Both the position numbers and the translations under genes were made by a program. The notes below the pieces were generated by a model that was given only the letters and a program-made list of their open reading frames with translations, was not told the DNA's origin and ran no database searches. Positions 25,951 to 38,809 of a stretch of DNA of 64,000 nt are shown piece by piece. The stretch spans positions 60,932,592 to 60,996,591 of the forward strand of contig NC_090387.1 in assembly GCF_036365525.1 (NCBI RefSeq). Direction: 5' to 3'. The stretch comes from Heterodontus francisci. Taxonomy: Eukaryota. Positions within the stretch are counted from its first letter, which is position 1. Each line of letters begins with the position of its first letter.

Positions 25951-27022
25951 ATTTTAGACTGTTTCTTTTACAGAATTTAAATAGCTCAGCAGTTGATGAC
26001 CACCACAGTTTGTTTACTGCAGGCAGGGACAAACTATGTGACCAAGTACCTAGAATGTGAACATGTTAATATCACTTCTAAGTGGTGGGTGATTCATATC
26101 AATTTCGGTCACGTAGACAACTTAACTATTACCAATTTCTAAATTCCACATAGAAACATTTAACATTACCTGGCTGCAAGAAGGAGATGTTTATCAGTTG
26201 TAATTGTTTGATCGAGTGGGGAAAGTAAGGGTGTTGCGAGCAAGGCTCACAGTTTTGTTTTACCCTGAAGGGATCGATGGCTGAAAACCAGTTTCTAGGA
26301 AATTGCCTGATGCATTTGAACCCTGCTGTGGTACTGCAGTTAAACTATCAGTTTTATTTTAAAGTGCTATAAAAACTAATGACCAGTTATAGTTTTGTGT
26401 GGTTTTCCCTCTAAATACAGGGGAGGACTTAGACACTTCCTAAAGAGTAATGGAAAAATAGGGGACTGATTTATGCCTAGGTACATCTTGTGCATTGGAT
26501 TTTTTCCTGATTGGTTAATGCAGTCATAGTTTTGTTGCACCATTGTTCAAGAACTGTATTTCTAAAGCAGCATGCCAATTTAAGACTAATATACGTACAT
26601 GAGCTGTTCGCTTTTGAATTAGAATCTATATTCATTAGTAACTGAGCAAATATTCCCTTTATAAACTGTTACAGTTAGCAGGATTCCCATGAATTGAATT
26701 GAATTGCAGGAGCAAGTATCATTGTGTCCATGCTTTAAAATTCATGTCACCAAACTGAGCAAGAAATTAAGATAACTTGAACATAAATTTGCCTTTTGAG
26801 TGCCCCAGACTAAATGCGTGAAAATCAGTACTTTAGTTTGTTCCATGAGTAATACAAGCCAATCAGTGTGGCCTCGTACTCACCCTATTTTGTGGCTTTT
26901 TTGTTTTAATGTGGGACAGCTGACTGTTCTAATTCTATAAATTTATACCACTTTAATGTGATCATATTTTGATTCATGCAATCATGTATTACTTATGAAT
27001 CTGTTTTCTTATTTCTTTATAG

Positions 27023-27195
27023 CATTGACTGTGCAGGAATTTTGAAACTACGCAACTCTGATATTGAACTTCGCAAGGGTGAAACTGACATTGGTAGAAA
27101 AAATACAAGGGTTCGCCTTGTTTTCCGTGTGCACATCCCACAGCCCAATGGAAAAGTTGTCTCACTGCAAGCAGCTTCCATTCCTGTTGAATGCT
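27023..27195 (+). CDS. NFATC3: NFATC3 coding exon (~exon 5; RHD), 173 bp
   Basis: Acceptor ctttatag|C, donor T|gttagt. Translates (S)[57 protein letters not shown]; phase matches both neighbouring exons. Confidence 0.97.
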
Positions 27196-28439
27196 GTTAG
27201 TATTAAATTTGCATTCATCAAACTTCCCTACATTTTTTCTTCTTTCCAAATATTCCCACAAGTATTGCTGCATTTGTGACCTATTTCATTTGGCAGGGTG
27301 TAGGTGTCTAGATACTGTGCCTCCCACCAGTTGTTGTCAAGCTCTATATGTTTAGCTTGTAGCTTGTGGCAGGTCAGCTTATAGTAAAATTTGGCGCACC
27401 CCTCATCTCACTTCAGTTTCCCCTCTACTCTGCCCATCCACGCCATGAAGTACACCAAATTATTAAAGTATGTCACTACCGTCAGCTTAAAAAGTGTCAA
27501 AACTAGCTCGTAAAAATGATGGGCAGTCCTGGTCACTGGCATGTGGGAGGAAAGAGTAAGAAAGCTGGAAGATGGTCTCAACTTGTAACTTACTCAGAGT
27601 AGTTAGGATTATGTGAGGTGAATCCAAGCAGTGCTACCTTGGATTAATATACTTAGGTGCTGTTCACTATCAAATATTTTTTCTAACTTGTTTTGAATAT
27701 TGTTTCTTCTTCACACTGTCCAGAACTCTAGCAGAAGCACATTTATGTTGTGCAACTGTTCATTTATTTATGAGCGCAAACTTCTTATTGCCTCAGTAAT
27801 TAAATATTTCAGATGAATAATGCCTTTTCATTTCTCATACTCTTATCAAAAATAGTCACACGAAGAACCACCTTCACATCTGAAAGGAGTAATGTTATGT
27901 CCCAAAATTAATTCATTGTTAAATTTCTCCTTAGCTTATTGATTTCTCTAATGCTGTGGATTCTTTTGTTTGAAAATGAGCATGTTGACCAATATCTGAG
28001 TCAGATTATGTATTTACGCATTTTATACTTTAATACATCTTGTCATCGCAATTATCTGGTAACGCCATCAAAATTTAATCTGAAACTTTCTTGAACGTTT
28101 TGGATCCTTTTTAACTGTGCTTGACAGTAACCTCTAAATGCTGTGCTGGTAACGAGGGTGCCCAAAACTTCTTCATAACACAGTGCTAGAATAGAGTGCA
28201 TATGTGGACAGAGCGCACACATCCTTTGAGCAGGAAAAATAGAGCTGAAGCAGATTTTTAAAAATTTTGTCCAGTGATACTTGCATGGCTGTTTACTTGA
28301 TTCTTCTGCACTATGAATGCTTTTTGAACATTTCCTGTTTACTCAACACATTGCATGGAATTGGATAAGAATTGATACTGTAATAAATATGTATTTGAAA
28401 ATTCTTTTTTCAATAATCCTAGTTATTTGATTTATACAG

Positions 28440-28580
28440 CCCAGCGTTCTGCCCAGGAACTTCCTCAGATTGAAAAGTACAGCATCAATTCATGCTCAGT
28501 CAGTGGTGGAGAAGAAATGATAGTTAATGGTTTCAATTTTCTTCCGGAGTCTAAGATTGTCTTCCTTGAAAAGGGCCCAG
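28440..28580 (+). CDS. NFATC3: NFATC3 coding exon (~exon 6; RHD/IPT), 141 bp
   Basis: Acceptor atacag|CC, donor G|gtatgt. Translates (S)[46 protein letters not shown]. Confidence 0.96.
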
Positions 28581-28884
28581 GTATGTGTGCAATTGGCTGC
28601 AGTGAATACTATTTTAAGCTATAGATGTCTCTAGTTATATATTTTTAAAAAGTCACAATTCTGGTCTTCACTGTAAATGCAGTTTTGCTTACATTCAAAT
28701 CTCATTTTCTTTTCCTTGTTATCCTTCTCTTGGCTTGGTTAAAATTAGCATACCACAAAGGAAAATCAAGAAGAATAAATGCTTCAAGTTTTTATCCAGC
28801 ACTACATTGGCTGTACCCTTGTGGAGTCATCTACATTGCTATTTTTAGTTCCTTTTCTCCTATTTGTCACTATTAGATTTATGA

Positions 28885-29600
28885 AACTCATCGAATTTGC
28901 AACCTTGGTGTCATATTTGATCCCAAGATGAGCTTCTCGTCACACATCCGTACTATCACTAAAACAACTATTTCCACCTCTGACATTGCTCAACCCTGCC
29001 CCACCTCACCCCATCTGCTGCTGAAGCCCTCAACCATGCCTTTGTTGACTTGATTATTCCAGGACACTCCTGGCCAACCTCCCACGTTATACCCTATGAA
29101 AACTTGAGGTCATCCAAAACGCTGCTGCCATGTCACTTATAATGCCAAGTCCCATTCATCCTTCACCCTGGTGCTTGCTGACTTACATTGACTCTCAGTT
29201 AAGCAACACCTCCCTATTTAAAAAAAACATTCTCATGCTTGTTTTCAAATCCTTCCATTTCATTGCCCCTCCCTATCTCTGTAATCTCCTCCAGCTCCAC
29301 AACCCTCTAAAGTATCTGTACTAATCTAATTCTGGTCTGATTTTTATTGCTCCATCATTGGTGGCCATGCCTTCAGCCGCGTAGGCCCTAAGCTCTGGAA
29401 TTCCCTGCCTAAACCTCTCCGCCACTCTGACATTTTTCTATTTTAAGACACTCCTCAAAACCTGCCTCCTTGATCAAGTTTTTTGTCATATGCCCTAATA
29501 TTGTCTCGGTGTCACATTTTGCTTTATAACATTCCTGTGAAGCACCTTGGAACATTTTATTTGAGGGACTGACAACAAAAAAATATAAATATAAGTTTTT
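28885..29600 (+). mobile_element. L2 LINE 3' fragment
   Basis: aaccttggtgtcatatttga (NLGVIFD), KILMLVFKSFH-like peptide, tail cctgtgaagcaccttggaacatttt; paralogous to 40940-41667. Confidence 0.8.
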
Positions 29601-31244
29601 GTTGTTGAGTGTGCAAATATGTTCTCATATAATATGTGGTCAATTTTCTACCTGTACATTTAGAGTCTAATAACTAGCCTCTTTAGGCTAGTAGCAGTTT
29701 CCATGATTTTTATTAAATATCTGCTTTTGGTAGCTGCCTACCCATAGCTGAAAGGTCTGCAAAGCCTGTTCTTGGATAGGCAGTTGGTTTGAGAGTATGT
29801 GTTTAGAAACAAGATATGAACTGTTTTTCAGATAGAAGCATACTTTTCTTAGAAGTAAGACTTGAAAATTCTCATCAAGGCACACATAGGATGTCACCTG
29901 TAGGTGCTTGATTTTGGATTTCCTATCAGAGGAGCATTTTAGAGCTTTAAATGCAACCAGTTCAAGTCACACATTCTAGGTCCACTTCTGAACCTCAGTC
30001 ATATTACCAGAAACCATTATAACAGTGTTAGACTGTTTGACACCCTTGCAATTGAACAGTTATTTCCAGCTGTTACATCTTTCAGATCCTGGAGAGATAT
30101 TTTGACTAAGCAGAACAATAACAATGGTCAGCAAACAGCCAATGTATTAGTTTTTCTCTACAGTAGCTAGAATAATCCTTAGTAATGGGTGAATTGTGTG
30201 ATGGTGCTGCCTTTGTGTAAAAGTAATGGCTCGGTGCATTTTTAACCAGTAGAACAGTACAAAAGGATTGTTGATAATTTCTTTAAACTGCGAATCAAAG
30301 AGCAGTGGCTTTATTGTTGGTCTTCTCATTCAGGCCTCTCCAGCCTTGTTTATTGGCGTGGCATATTCGTAATGCTCTTAATTTCCAGGTCAGAAGGTTG
30401 TAGGTTGAGCATATAGGCAAGCAGCTGAGTCGGATTGTGAATTTACCTGCTCAGATTAGACTAATTCATTGTATGAAGCATTTTGAAATGTTTTGGTGTG
30501 AAAAAGCGACTCCACTAAAACTGGGCTGGGATCAATGTCCTGGTGAATTCAGTAACTAGGGCGGTAGATAGGGCTTTAAACTAATAAGGGGTGTTGGTTC
30601 GGTCAAGGCCAATTTATAGGTCTGTAGAGCAGAGTAGTGATTTGGGTAAAATCGCGCCGATTGTGTCAGAATGGCCCCGCGCCACTTGGGGAGACCACCA
30701 GGTACATCGAGGCAGCCTCCCAGCGTGTTCTTGCCAGCGAGCCTTCATTTACCTTGGCTCTATGACCCATGGAGGCAATGGCCATCCTCTGATGCTGCCA
30801 CTGGAGGTTTCACCCCTCCAATTGCTGGGACCTGCGTGTCAGCATGGCCTCGGCACAGAATAATTCATTACTGGCCTTTCAAGGGAGCTAAAACATAGAG
30901 GTGCCCTCTCCTTCTCCCTGCAGCCTCAGCAGCAACCACCTCTATCGATGGTGATACAGAGCTGCCTGCCCTCTGATTCGGCCAACTTCTCAGAGAGGTA
31001 GGCAAGGACAGCAGTCCTTGTTAAATTCCGGAAAGCTTGTTATGGAAGGATAATGCTGGAGCCTATATTTATTCAGTTTCACATTTATTGTGCAGAGTAA
31101 GAGGATCACAAACATGTAGCTCCTCACTCAAACCCTCCACCAGTCTCAGTGAGTGTCTGCTTATAAGTGCTCAACTAAAACCCCAATTAACACCCTTCAC
31201 CTGCACATAATCAAACCATTGACACAAAATAAACAGGTTAACAG

Positions 31245-31600
31245 TAAAATAAAAGCAAAATACTGCAGATGCTGGAAATCTGAAATGAAACCAAAAGTGC
31301 TGAAAATACTCAGCAGGTCTGGCAACATCTGTGGAGATAAAAGCAAAGGTAACCTTTCAGGTCAGTGATCTTTCATCGGAACTGGCAAAGGTTAGAAATG
31401 TAATATTTATTATTATGTCATTTAACATCCTCTCTGCACTAACGCTATGCCTTTCACGACACCATTAACGCACTCTTTGTCTTTGCCCTATGACCTCCTT
31501 GTCAATTATTCTCTGTGACCCTCTGTCCTACCAACACTTTCCCATTTGTTCTCTTTTGCCCCACCCCCACATTACTTGCTTAAAACCTATTACATTTCTT
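31245..31600. mobile_element. Penelope-like repeat pieces (- strand 31245-31400, + strand ~31410-31600)
   Basis: aaatactgcagatgctggaaatctgaa...ctcagcaggtctggcaacatctgtggag; reverse strand reads ccgatgaaagatcactgacctgaaa. Confidence 0.6.
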
Positions 31601-31842
31601 GCACACCTGCAAGTTCCCCTCCAAGTCACACACCATTCTGACTTGAAACTATATCGCCGTTCCTTCACTGTCGCTGGGTCAAAATCCTGGAACTCCCTTC
31701 CTAACAGCACTGTGGGTGTACCTACCCCACATAGACTGCAGTGGTTCAAGATGGCAGCTCACCACTACCTTCTCGAGCAATTAGGGATGGGCAATAAATG
31801 CTGGCCTGGCCAGCGACGCCCACATCCCATGAATGAATAATT
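31601..31842 (+). mobile_element. 3' fragment of the tRNA-headed LINE family
   Basis: RRSFTVAGSKSWNSLPNSTVG and tail gcaattagggatgggcaataaatg; reverse-complement match to 33290-33530. Confidence 0.85.
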
Positions 31843-31844
31843 AA

Positions 31845-32180
31845 AAAAGGCTGTTTGCCTGGTTGGAGACTCTAGAACTAGGGGTCATTGTCTCAGTATA
31901 AGGGTGCAACCACTTAGGACAGATATTATGAAAAATTTCTTCACTCAGAGTGTTGTGAATCTTTGGAATTTTGTACCTCAGAGGGCTGTGGATGCTCAGT
32001 TGATGAGTATATTCAACACTCAAATTGATTTAGATTTTTGGGCACTAAGGGAATCGAGGGTATAGGAGTCAGGCGGGGAAATAGAATTGATGTCGAAGTT
32101 CCATCATGATCATATTGAATGGCGGAGCAGGCTCAAGGGGCCGTAAAGTATTCTTCTGCTCCTATTTCCTGTGTGCTTAT
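31845..32180 (+). mobile_element. CR1 3' fragment
   Basis: ttcttcactcagagtgttgtgaatctttggaat and gaatggcggagcaggctcaagggg 3' UTR. Confidence 0.8.
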
Positions 32181-33286
32181 AAATGCACCTATTTGCTCCT
32201 ATTTACTTTGCCTCTTCTGGCCATATAGGATTGACTGTTGTGACTGTGAGCTACTTTTTCATATTATTTACATGATCTGACTGAAAGTTTTAAAAGTAAC
32301 TACATTCCTGGCTTTCCTCATTGACATGGTGATCTTGAAAGATAATTTAAAAATATGCAGATGATGGACTCTGCTTGGGTGCTTTGCTGGTTATACCTAG
32401 CTGTGTAAAAGTTTTAACAGGATTTGTCACACTCAAAGATCTGAATGTTGAGGGGAGAGAAGATCAGTGGCAATTATTTCATATTTTGGGGCTTGGACAT
32501 GGGAATTTACAGGCATATCAAATGTGCGAACATCCTCACCAAACAACAATTAAGCTCTGATTATTCTGGGGTTCTGTTTACTTATAGTTGTTAGACACTG
32601 CGGTCTTAATCGGATGGAATATTTTAAACAGCGGCAGATTAATAAATTGTATGTTACATGGCAAAGTATTCCTGCCATTGTAAAACAGCATATTATTTGA
32701 CTTACCATTAAAAAGCCTTGGGAGATACACTTGTTAAGTGCATTCTTCATGGCACCATGGCACACCTTTCAAAGGCATCATATTTGAAATTGTTGCAGCA
32801 CCCTTAAAGTGTCGTGTCACAGCTCCAAAACATTACTCATCCATAATGCAGAAAATCAGAATTGGCTCAAATCATCTCTGATCTGTTGTGTTGCCAATAT
32901 AATATCTGATTGACTAAGTGGAAACAAAGAAGGTGCTTTAAAGTACCAGTGAGGCATGATTATTTAGCAGAAAGAAAAACAGTCAAATCCCTCTTTTTTT
33001 TAAAATTGCTATTCATGAACTAATAGGTACAACATAAAATTGCTCAGATAATTTCTTCAAACTCTTTTCCAACGCCAGTTTCCTCCTTCATCCAGGTGAG
33101 TGCATACAACTTGAAATAACATTCATTATACAAAAAAATTGCTAAACTCATCCATTATATTGGTTAAATATAAAGATTAAAATGATGCAAGAAATTTCTC
33201 CACATATCCTTGCTTCTTTATCTGTGTTGAAAATTTCCATGTACTTAGGTTGTGGGAATCCAGCTACTGTGGGCACATTTGTCTGC

Positions 33287-36200
33287 TTTTTTTTTTATTC
33301 ATTCATGGAATGTAGGTGTCACTGGCCAGGCCAACATTTATTGCCCATCCCTAATTGCCCTTGAGAAGGTGGTGGTGAGCTGCTGCCTTGAACTGCTGCA
33401 GTCCATTTGGGGTAGGTATACCCACAGTGCTGTTAGGAAGGGAGTTCCAGGATTTTGACCCAGCAACAGTGAAGGAACACCGATATAGTTCCAAGTCAGG
33501 ATGGTGTGCGACTTGGAGGGGAACTTGCAGGTGGTGGCGTTCCCATGTATTTGCTGCTCTTGTCCTTCTAGTTGGTAGAGATCGCGGGTTTGGAAGGTGC
33601 TGTCTAAGGAGCCTTGGTGCATTGCTGCAGTGCATCTTGTAGATGGTACACGCTGCTGCCACTGTGCGTTGGTAGTACAGGGAGTAAATGTTTGTAGATG
33701 GGCTGCCAATCAAGCGGGCTCCTGGATGGTGTCGAGCTTCTTGAGTGTTGTTGGAGCTGCACCCATCCAGGCAAGTGGAGAGTATTCCTTCACACTCCTG
33801 ATTTGTGCTTTGTAGATGGTGGACAGGCTTTGGGGAGTCAGGAGATGAGTTACTCGCCTCAGGATTCCCAGCCTCTGACCTGCTCTTATAGCCACGGTAT
33901 TTATATGGCTACTCCAGTTCAGTTTCTGGTCAATGGTAGCCCCTTGGATGTTGATTGTGGGGGATTCAGCGATGGTAATGCCATTGAATGTCAAGGGGAG
34001 ATGGTTAGATTCTCTCTTGTTGGAGATGGTCATTGCCTGGCACTTGTGTGGTGCAAATGTTGCTTGCCCCTTATCAGCCCAAGCCTGGATATTGTCCAGG
34101 TCTTGCTGCATTTCTACACAGACTGCTTCAGTATCTGAGGAGTCACGAATGGTGCTGAACATTGTGCAATCATCAGCGAACATCCCCACTTCTGACCTTA
34201 TGATTGAAGGAAGGTCATTGATGCAGCAGTTCAAGATGATTGGGCCACGGACACTACCCTGATAAACTCCTGCAGTGATGTCCTGGAGCTCAGATGATTG
34301 ACCTCCAACAACCACAACCATCTTCCTTTGCGCTAGGTATGACTCCAGCCAGCAGAGGGTTTTCCCCCTGATTACCATTGACCTCAGTTTTGCTAGGGCT
34401 CCTTGTGCCATACTCAGTCAAATGCTGCCTTGATGTCAAGGGCAGTCACTCTCACCTCACCTCTTGAGTTCAGCTCTTTTGTCCATGTTTGAACCAAGGC
34501 TGTAATGAGATCAGGAGCTGAGTGGCCCTGGCGGAACCCAAACTGAGCGTCACTGAGCAGGTTATTGCTAAGCAAGTGCCACTTGATGGCACTGTTGATG
34601 ACACCTTCCATCACTTTACTGATGATTGCGAGTAGGCTGATGGTAATTGGTCGGGTTGGACTTGTCCTGCTTTTTGTGTACAGGACATACCTGGGCAATT
34701 TTCCACATTGCAGGGTAGATGCCAGTGTTGTAGCAGTACTGGGACAGCTTGGCAAGGGGCGCGGCAAGTTTTGGAGCACAGATCTTCAGTACTATTGCCA
34801 GAATATTGTCAGGGCCCATAGCTTTTGCAGTATCCAGTGCCTTCAGTCGTTTCTTGATATCATGTGGAGTGAATCGAATTGGCTGAAGTCTGGCATCTGT
34901 GATGCTGGGTACTTCAGGTGGAGGCCGAGATGGACCATCAACTCGGCACTTCTGACTGAAGATTGTTGCAAATGCTTCAGCCTTATCTTTCGCACTGATA
35001 TGCTGGGGCTCCCCCATCATTGAGGATGGGGATATTTGTGGAGCCGCCTCCTCTTGTTAGTTGTTTAATTGTCCACCACCATTCATGGCGGGATGTGGCA
35101 GGACTGCAGAGCTTAGATCTGATCTGTTGGTTATGGGATCGCTTAGCTCTGTCTATCGCATGCTGCTTACGCAGTTTGGCATGCAAGTAGTCCTGGGTTG
35201 TAGCTTCACCAGGTTGACACCTCATTTTGAGATCTGCCTGGTGCTGCTCCTGGCATGCCCTCCTGCACTCTTCATTGAACCAGGGTTGGTCTCCTGGCTT
35301 GATGGTAATGGTAGAGTGGGGGATATGCCGGGCCATGAGGTTACAGATTGTGGTCGAGTACAATTCTGCTGATGGCCCACAGTGCCTCATGGATGCCCAG
35401 TTTTGCATTGCTAGATCTGTTCGAAATCTATCCCATTTAGCACGGTGATAGTGCCACACAACACGATGGACGGTATCCTCAGTATGAAGGCGGGACTTAG
35501 TCTCCACAAGGACTGTGCGGTGGTCACTCCTACCAATACTGTCATGGACAGATGCATCTGCGGCAGGCAGATTGGTGAGGATGAGGTCAAGTATGTTTTT
35601 CCTTCGTGTTGGTTCCCCCACCACCTGCCGCAGACCCAGTCTAGCAGCTATGTCCTTTAGGGCTCAGTCAGTAGTGGTGCTACCGAGCCACTCTTGGTGA
35701 TGGACATTGAAGTCCCCCACCCAGAGTATATTTTGTGCCCTTGCCACCCTCGGTGCTTCCTCCAAGTGCTGTTCAACATGGAGGAGTACTGAGTCATCAG
35801 CTGAGGGAGGGCGGCAGGTGGTAATCAGTAGGAGGTTACCTTGCCCATGTTTGACCTGATGCCATGAGACTTCATGGGGTCCGGAGTCGATGTTGAGGAC
35901 TCCCAGGGCAACTCCCTCCCTACTGTATACCACTGTGCCACCACCTCTGCTAGGTCTGTCCTGCCGCTGGGACAGGACATACCCGGGGATGGTGATGGCA
36001 GTGGCTGGGACATTGTCTGTAAGGTATGATTCCGTGAGTATGACTATGTCAGGCTGTTGCTTGACTAGTTTGTGGGACAGCTCTCCCAACTTTGGAACAA
36101 GCCCCCAGATGTTAGTAAGGAGGACTTTGCAGGGACAACAGGGCTGGGTTTGCCGTTGTCGTTTCCGGTGCCTAGGTCGATGCCGGGTGGTCCGTCCGGT

Positions 36201-36550
36201 TTCATTCTTTTTTATTGACTTCGTAGCGGTTAGGTACAACTGAGTGGCTTGCTAGGCTATTTCAGAGGGTATGTAAGAGTTAACCACATTGCTGTGGGTC
36301 TGGAGTCACATGTAAGCCAGACCAGGTAAGGACAGCAGATTTCCTTCCCTAAAGGATATTAGTGAACCAGATGGGTTTTTACAACAATCGACAATGGTTT
36401 CATGGCCATCGTTAGACTAGCTTTTAATTCCAGATTTATTAATTAAATTCAAATTCCACCTTCTGCTGTGGTGGAATTCGAACCCATGTCCCCAGAGAAA
36501 TACCCTGGGTCTCTGGGTTACTAGCCCAGTCCACTATGCCACCGCCTACC
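33287..36550 (-). mobile_element. Single-ORF CR1-group LINE (APE-RT, no ORF1) with a tRNA-derived 5' end
   Basis: EN motifs TNIWGL, PDIVILTESYL, GGGTVVY, GDFNVHH, SDH. RT motifs AMGPDNI, QFGFRQGHS, LDIKAAFD, QGSV, FADD. A-rich 3' end; A and B boxes at the 5' end. Frameshifted copy. Confidence 0.9.
36473..36541 (-). promoter_or_regulatory. Pol III type-2 internal promoter (A box 36531-36541, B box 36473-36484)
   Basis: On the - strand TGGCATAGTGG fits TRGCNNARYGG, and GGTTCGAATTCC fits the B box with one mismatch; spacing is tRNA-like. Confidence 0.8.
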
Positions 36551-36878
36551 TCTGATGCTTATGTATTTGAGAAAGAGGGAAAGATCAATCAAAGAGTTAT
36601 AGTTCTTAACCTGCTGTTGTGAAACTACAGTTACAAGAGCATACTGTGGCAACCGATTAAAAATTTAAAAAAATACCAACTAAATGGAAAGTGATAAGGG
36701 AATGAAAAAGCATTTTATACTGTTTAAGCCATTAACTGAAAGTATTCTCAGTTGAGTTTGATCTTTTGGTATCACTGTGAGAGATTGATGATTGCATATG
36801 AGGGTGGGAAGTGCTGTGAATGAGATACCCAAATGCTGACCTTGGATGTTGAGACTGGAGTCAGTTAGGTCCTATTAA

Positions 36879-37843
36879 TGTTATGACCGAGGTGGCAGGA
36901 GTGAACTTTCTTTTCTAGTTCCACTTCTCCACAGGTCACAACATATTTAAATGTTTACCCAGTTACCGATACGGTCAATCATAGACTCTACTCTCTATCC
37001 CAGAATAAAAAACAACAAAATTATCAGTTTATTATAAAACCAGACATAACCAGTAACAAAGCAAAGCATTAACACACAGATTGAAATATGAAAGTCGCCT
37101 TTTACCTTAGCCCTTCTCAAAACTGGAAAAAATTGACATTTTCTTTTGAGAGCTCTGTTACAAAAAAAGACAAAAAAGAATACTTTGGCCAAATACTTAC
37201 TTATTCTTGAAGAAAAAAGAGAAGATACGGAAAGATGTCAGTTGTCCTTTTTTGGTTTGGCGTCCCTAATATGCATAGACAGCTGTCACTGGGATCTTTC
37301 TCTGGAGCAATTCATTCAGGCGGCATCAGGATTTATCCGGCAGGTTTTTCCAACGTCTCAGGAGAAATGCGGCAACAGGGGTTTCAAGCAGGTCTTTCAG
37401 GATGAATGTATCATCAATTTCTCTCTCTGTTTCTTGCACTTGCTTCAAAGAGCTTCTCAAAGAGATGGAAAACTGGCAGGCTTTTCATAAAGATGGAACA
37501 GGCTGAGCTGGGGTTTTGTCCTTCAGGTTGATTTTTTAAAAACTCCAACTGACTGGCCAAAGCGAAACCAAAACAATCTCGAGTCAAGCCTCCTAACCCC
37601 TATGAATCTTGACCTGTCACTTCTCTCTAAACATCTTCTCCAAGTCAAAAAATCCCTGCTGGGTATTTATCTAAAGAAAGGTGACTTCCAGTAAGGGTTG
37701 TTTACAAACCAAGTCCAAAAGAACTTCTGATGACCTTTTTATATATAAAAAAAACCAAATTCCAGCATCTATGGAATCCTTTTTTCCAGTTTTAAAATGC
37801 AAGTCCTCAAAATTTAACAAAAAATGGAAGTACTTTCATAATA
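36879..37843 (-). mobile_element. Solo LTR, 965 bp
   Basis: Termini tgttatga...tcataata (7/8 inverted); 4-bp TSD TTAA at 36875-36878 and 37844-37847; AATAAA on the - strand near 37030; no coding capacity. Confidence 0.7.
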
Positions 37844-37859
37844 TTAATGACTACCTGTT

Positions 37860-38130
37860 TAGATGTTGATCAGCGGAGACACCAGAGGTTTTAAAGTCAG
37901 ATCCCACTTTGACAAGTTGTGAAATTGAATTCAATAAGTGTGGTGATTTATGGGCCAGTACTAGGAAAAAATTACCATGAAAGCTCATTTTTTAAAAAAA
38001 GCAACTGGCTCACTAATTTCCTCTACCTGGTCTGGCCTAAATGTGACTCCACTCCTTAACCATGTGGTTAACTCTTCATGCCCTGAGGTCAGCTAGGATG
38101 GCCCAGATCAAGAATTAAAAAAAAAAAATC
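37860..38130 (+). mobile_element. Degenerate SINE sharing its body with the 5' UTR of the tRNA-headed LINE
   Basis: ctggctcactaat, tacctggtctggcctaaatgtgactcca and atgtggttaactctt match the reverse complement of 36265-36375; ends in an A-tail. Confidence 0.7.
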
Positions 38131-38809
38131 CATACTGGGCAGTACTGCCCCAACATCATTAATGAGACCAAAAAATATACTGTGACAGTCAGTGGGGGAG
38201 AGGGATTAGACTGGAGAGCAGTGCTTTTAAATCATATAAAAAATGGCAATACCATTGCATATAGAGTTTGTGTGTACCCAGCATACTTCATATGTCACAT
38301 TTTTTAAAAAAAAATGTTTTTGACCTCTCATTACTCTGAACATTTGTTAAAAATAAGCCTCTAATTGACCTACAACACATGAAATACCGAGTTCTAGAAA
38401 AGAACACCAGTGAAGCTCTGACTGGAGGATCAGATCTGAATGAACTGATTTCAAGAATGCAGATCAATTATACCTTGTAGTCCTAAACTGACATTTCTTT
38501 GCTGAAGTGCAAGTTTGTAATGTATTGTTACATAATATAATGCTACTACTCTTGTTATACACTATTCCCAGCTTTGCTATGAGTGGTGGTGTTTATATAT
38601 ACACCAGTAGTTGTAGAAATTTGGAAGAAGGGATTTTTGATTCTTGGAAAAGGTCTTATATATGCTCATTTCAACAAAATTAACTTTTAAAATTAGTCTC
38701 TTTCACTTTTCCTTTACCTGTTACTTGGCAAAAACAACCACTTGATTGAGGTTTGGAATGCCTATAGATCAATACTCCAGCATTTGTCACTCGTTGTCAG
38801 GGTTAAATC

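Noticed and set aside
36875-37847. piggyBac element because of the TTAA duplication
   Set aside because: The ends are TG...A and LTR-like, not CCC...GGG TIRs.
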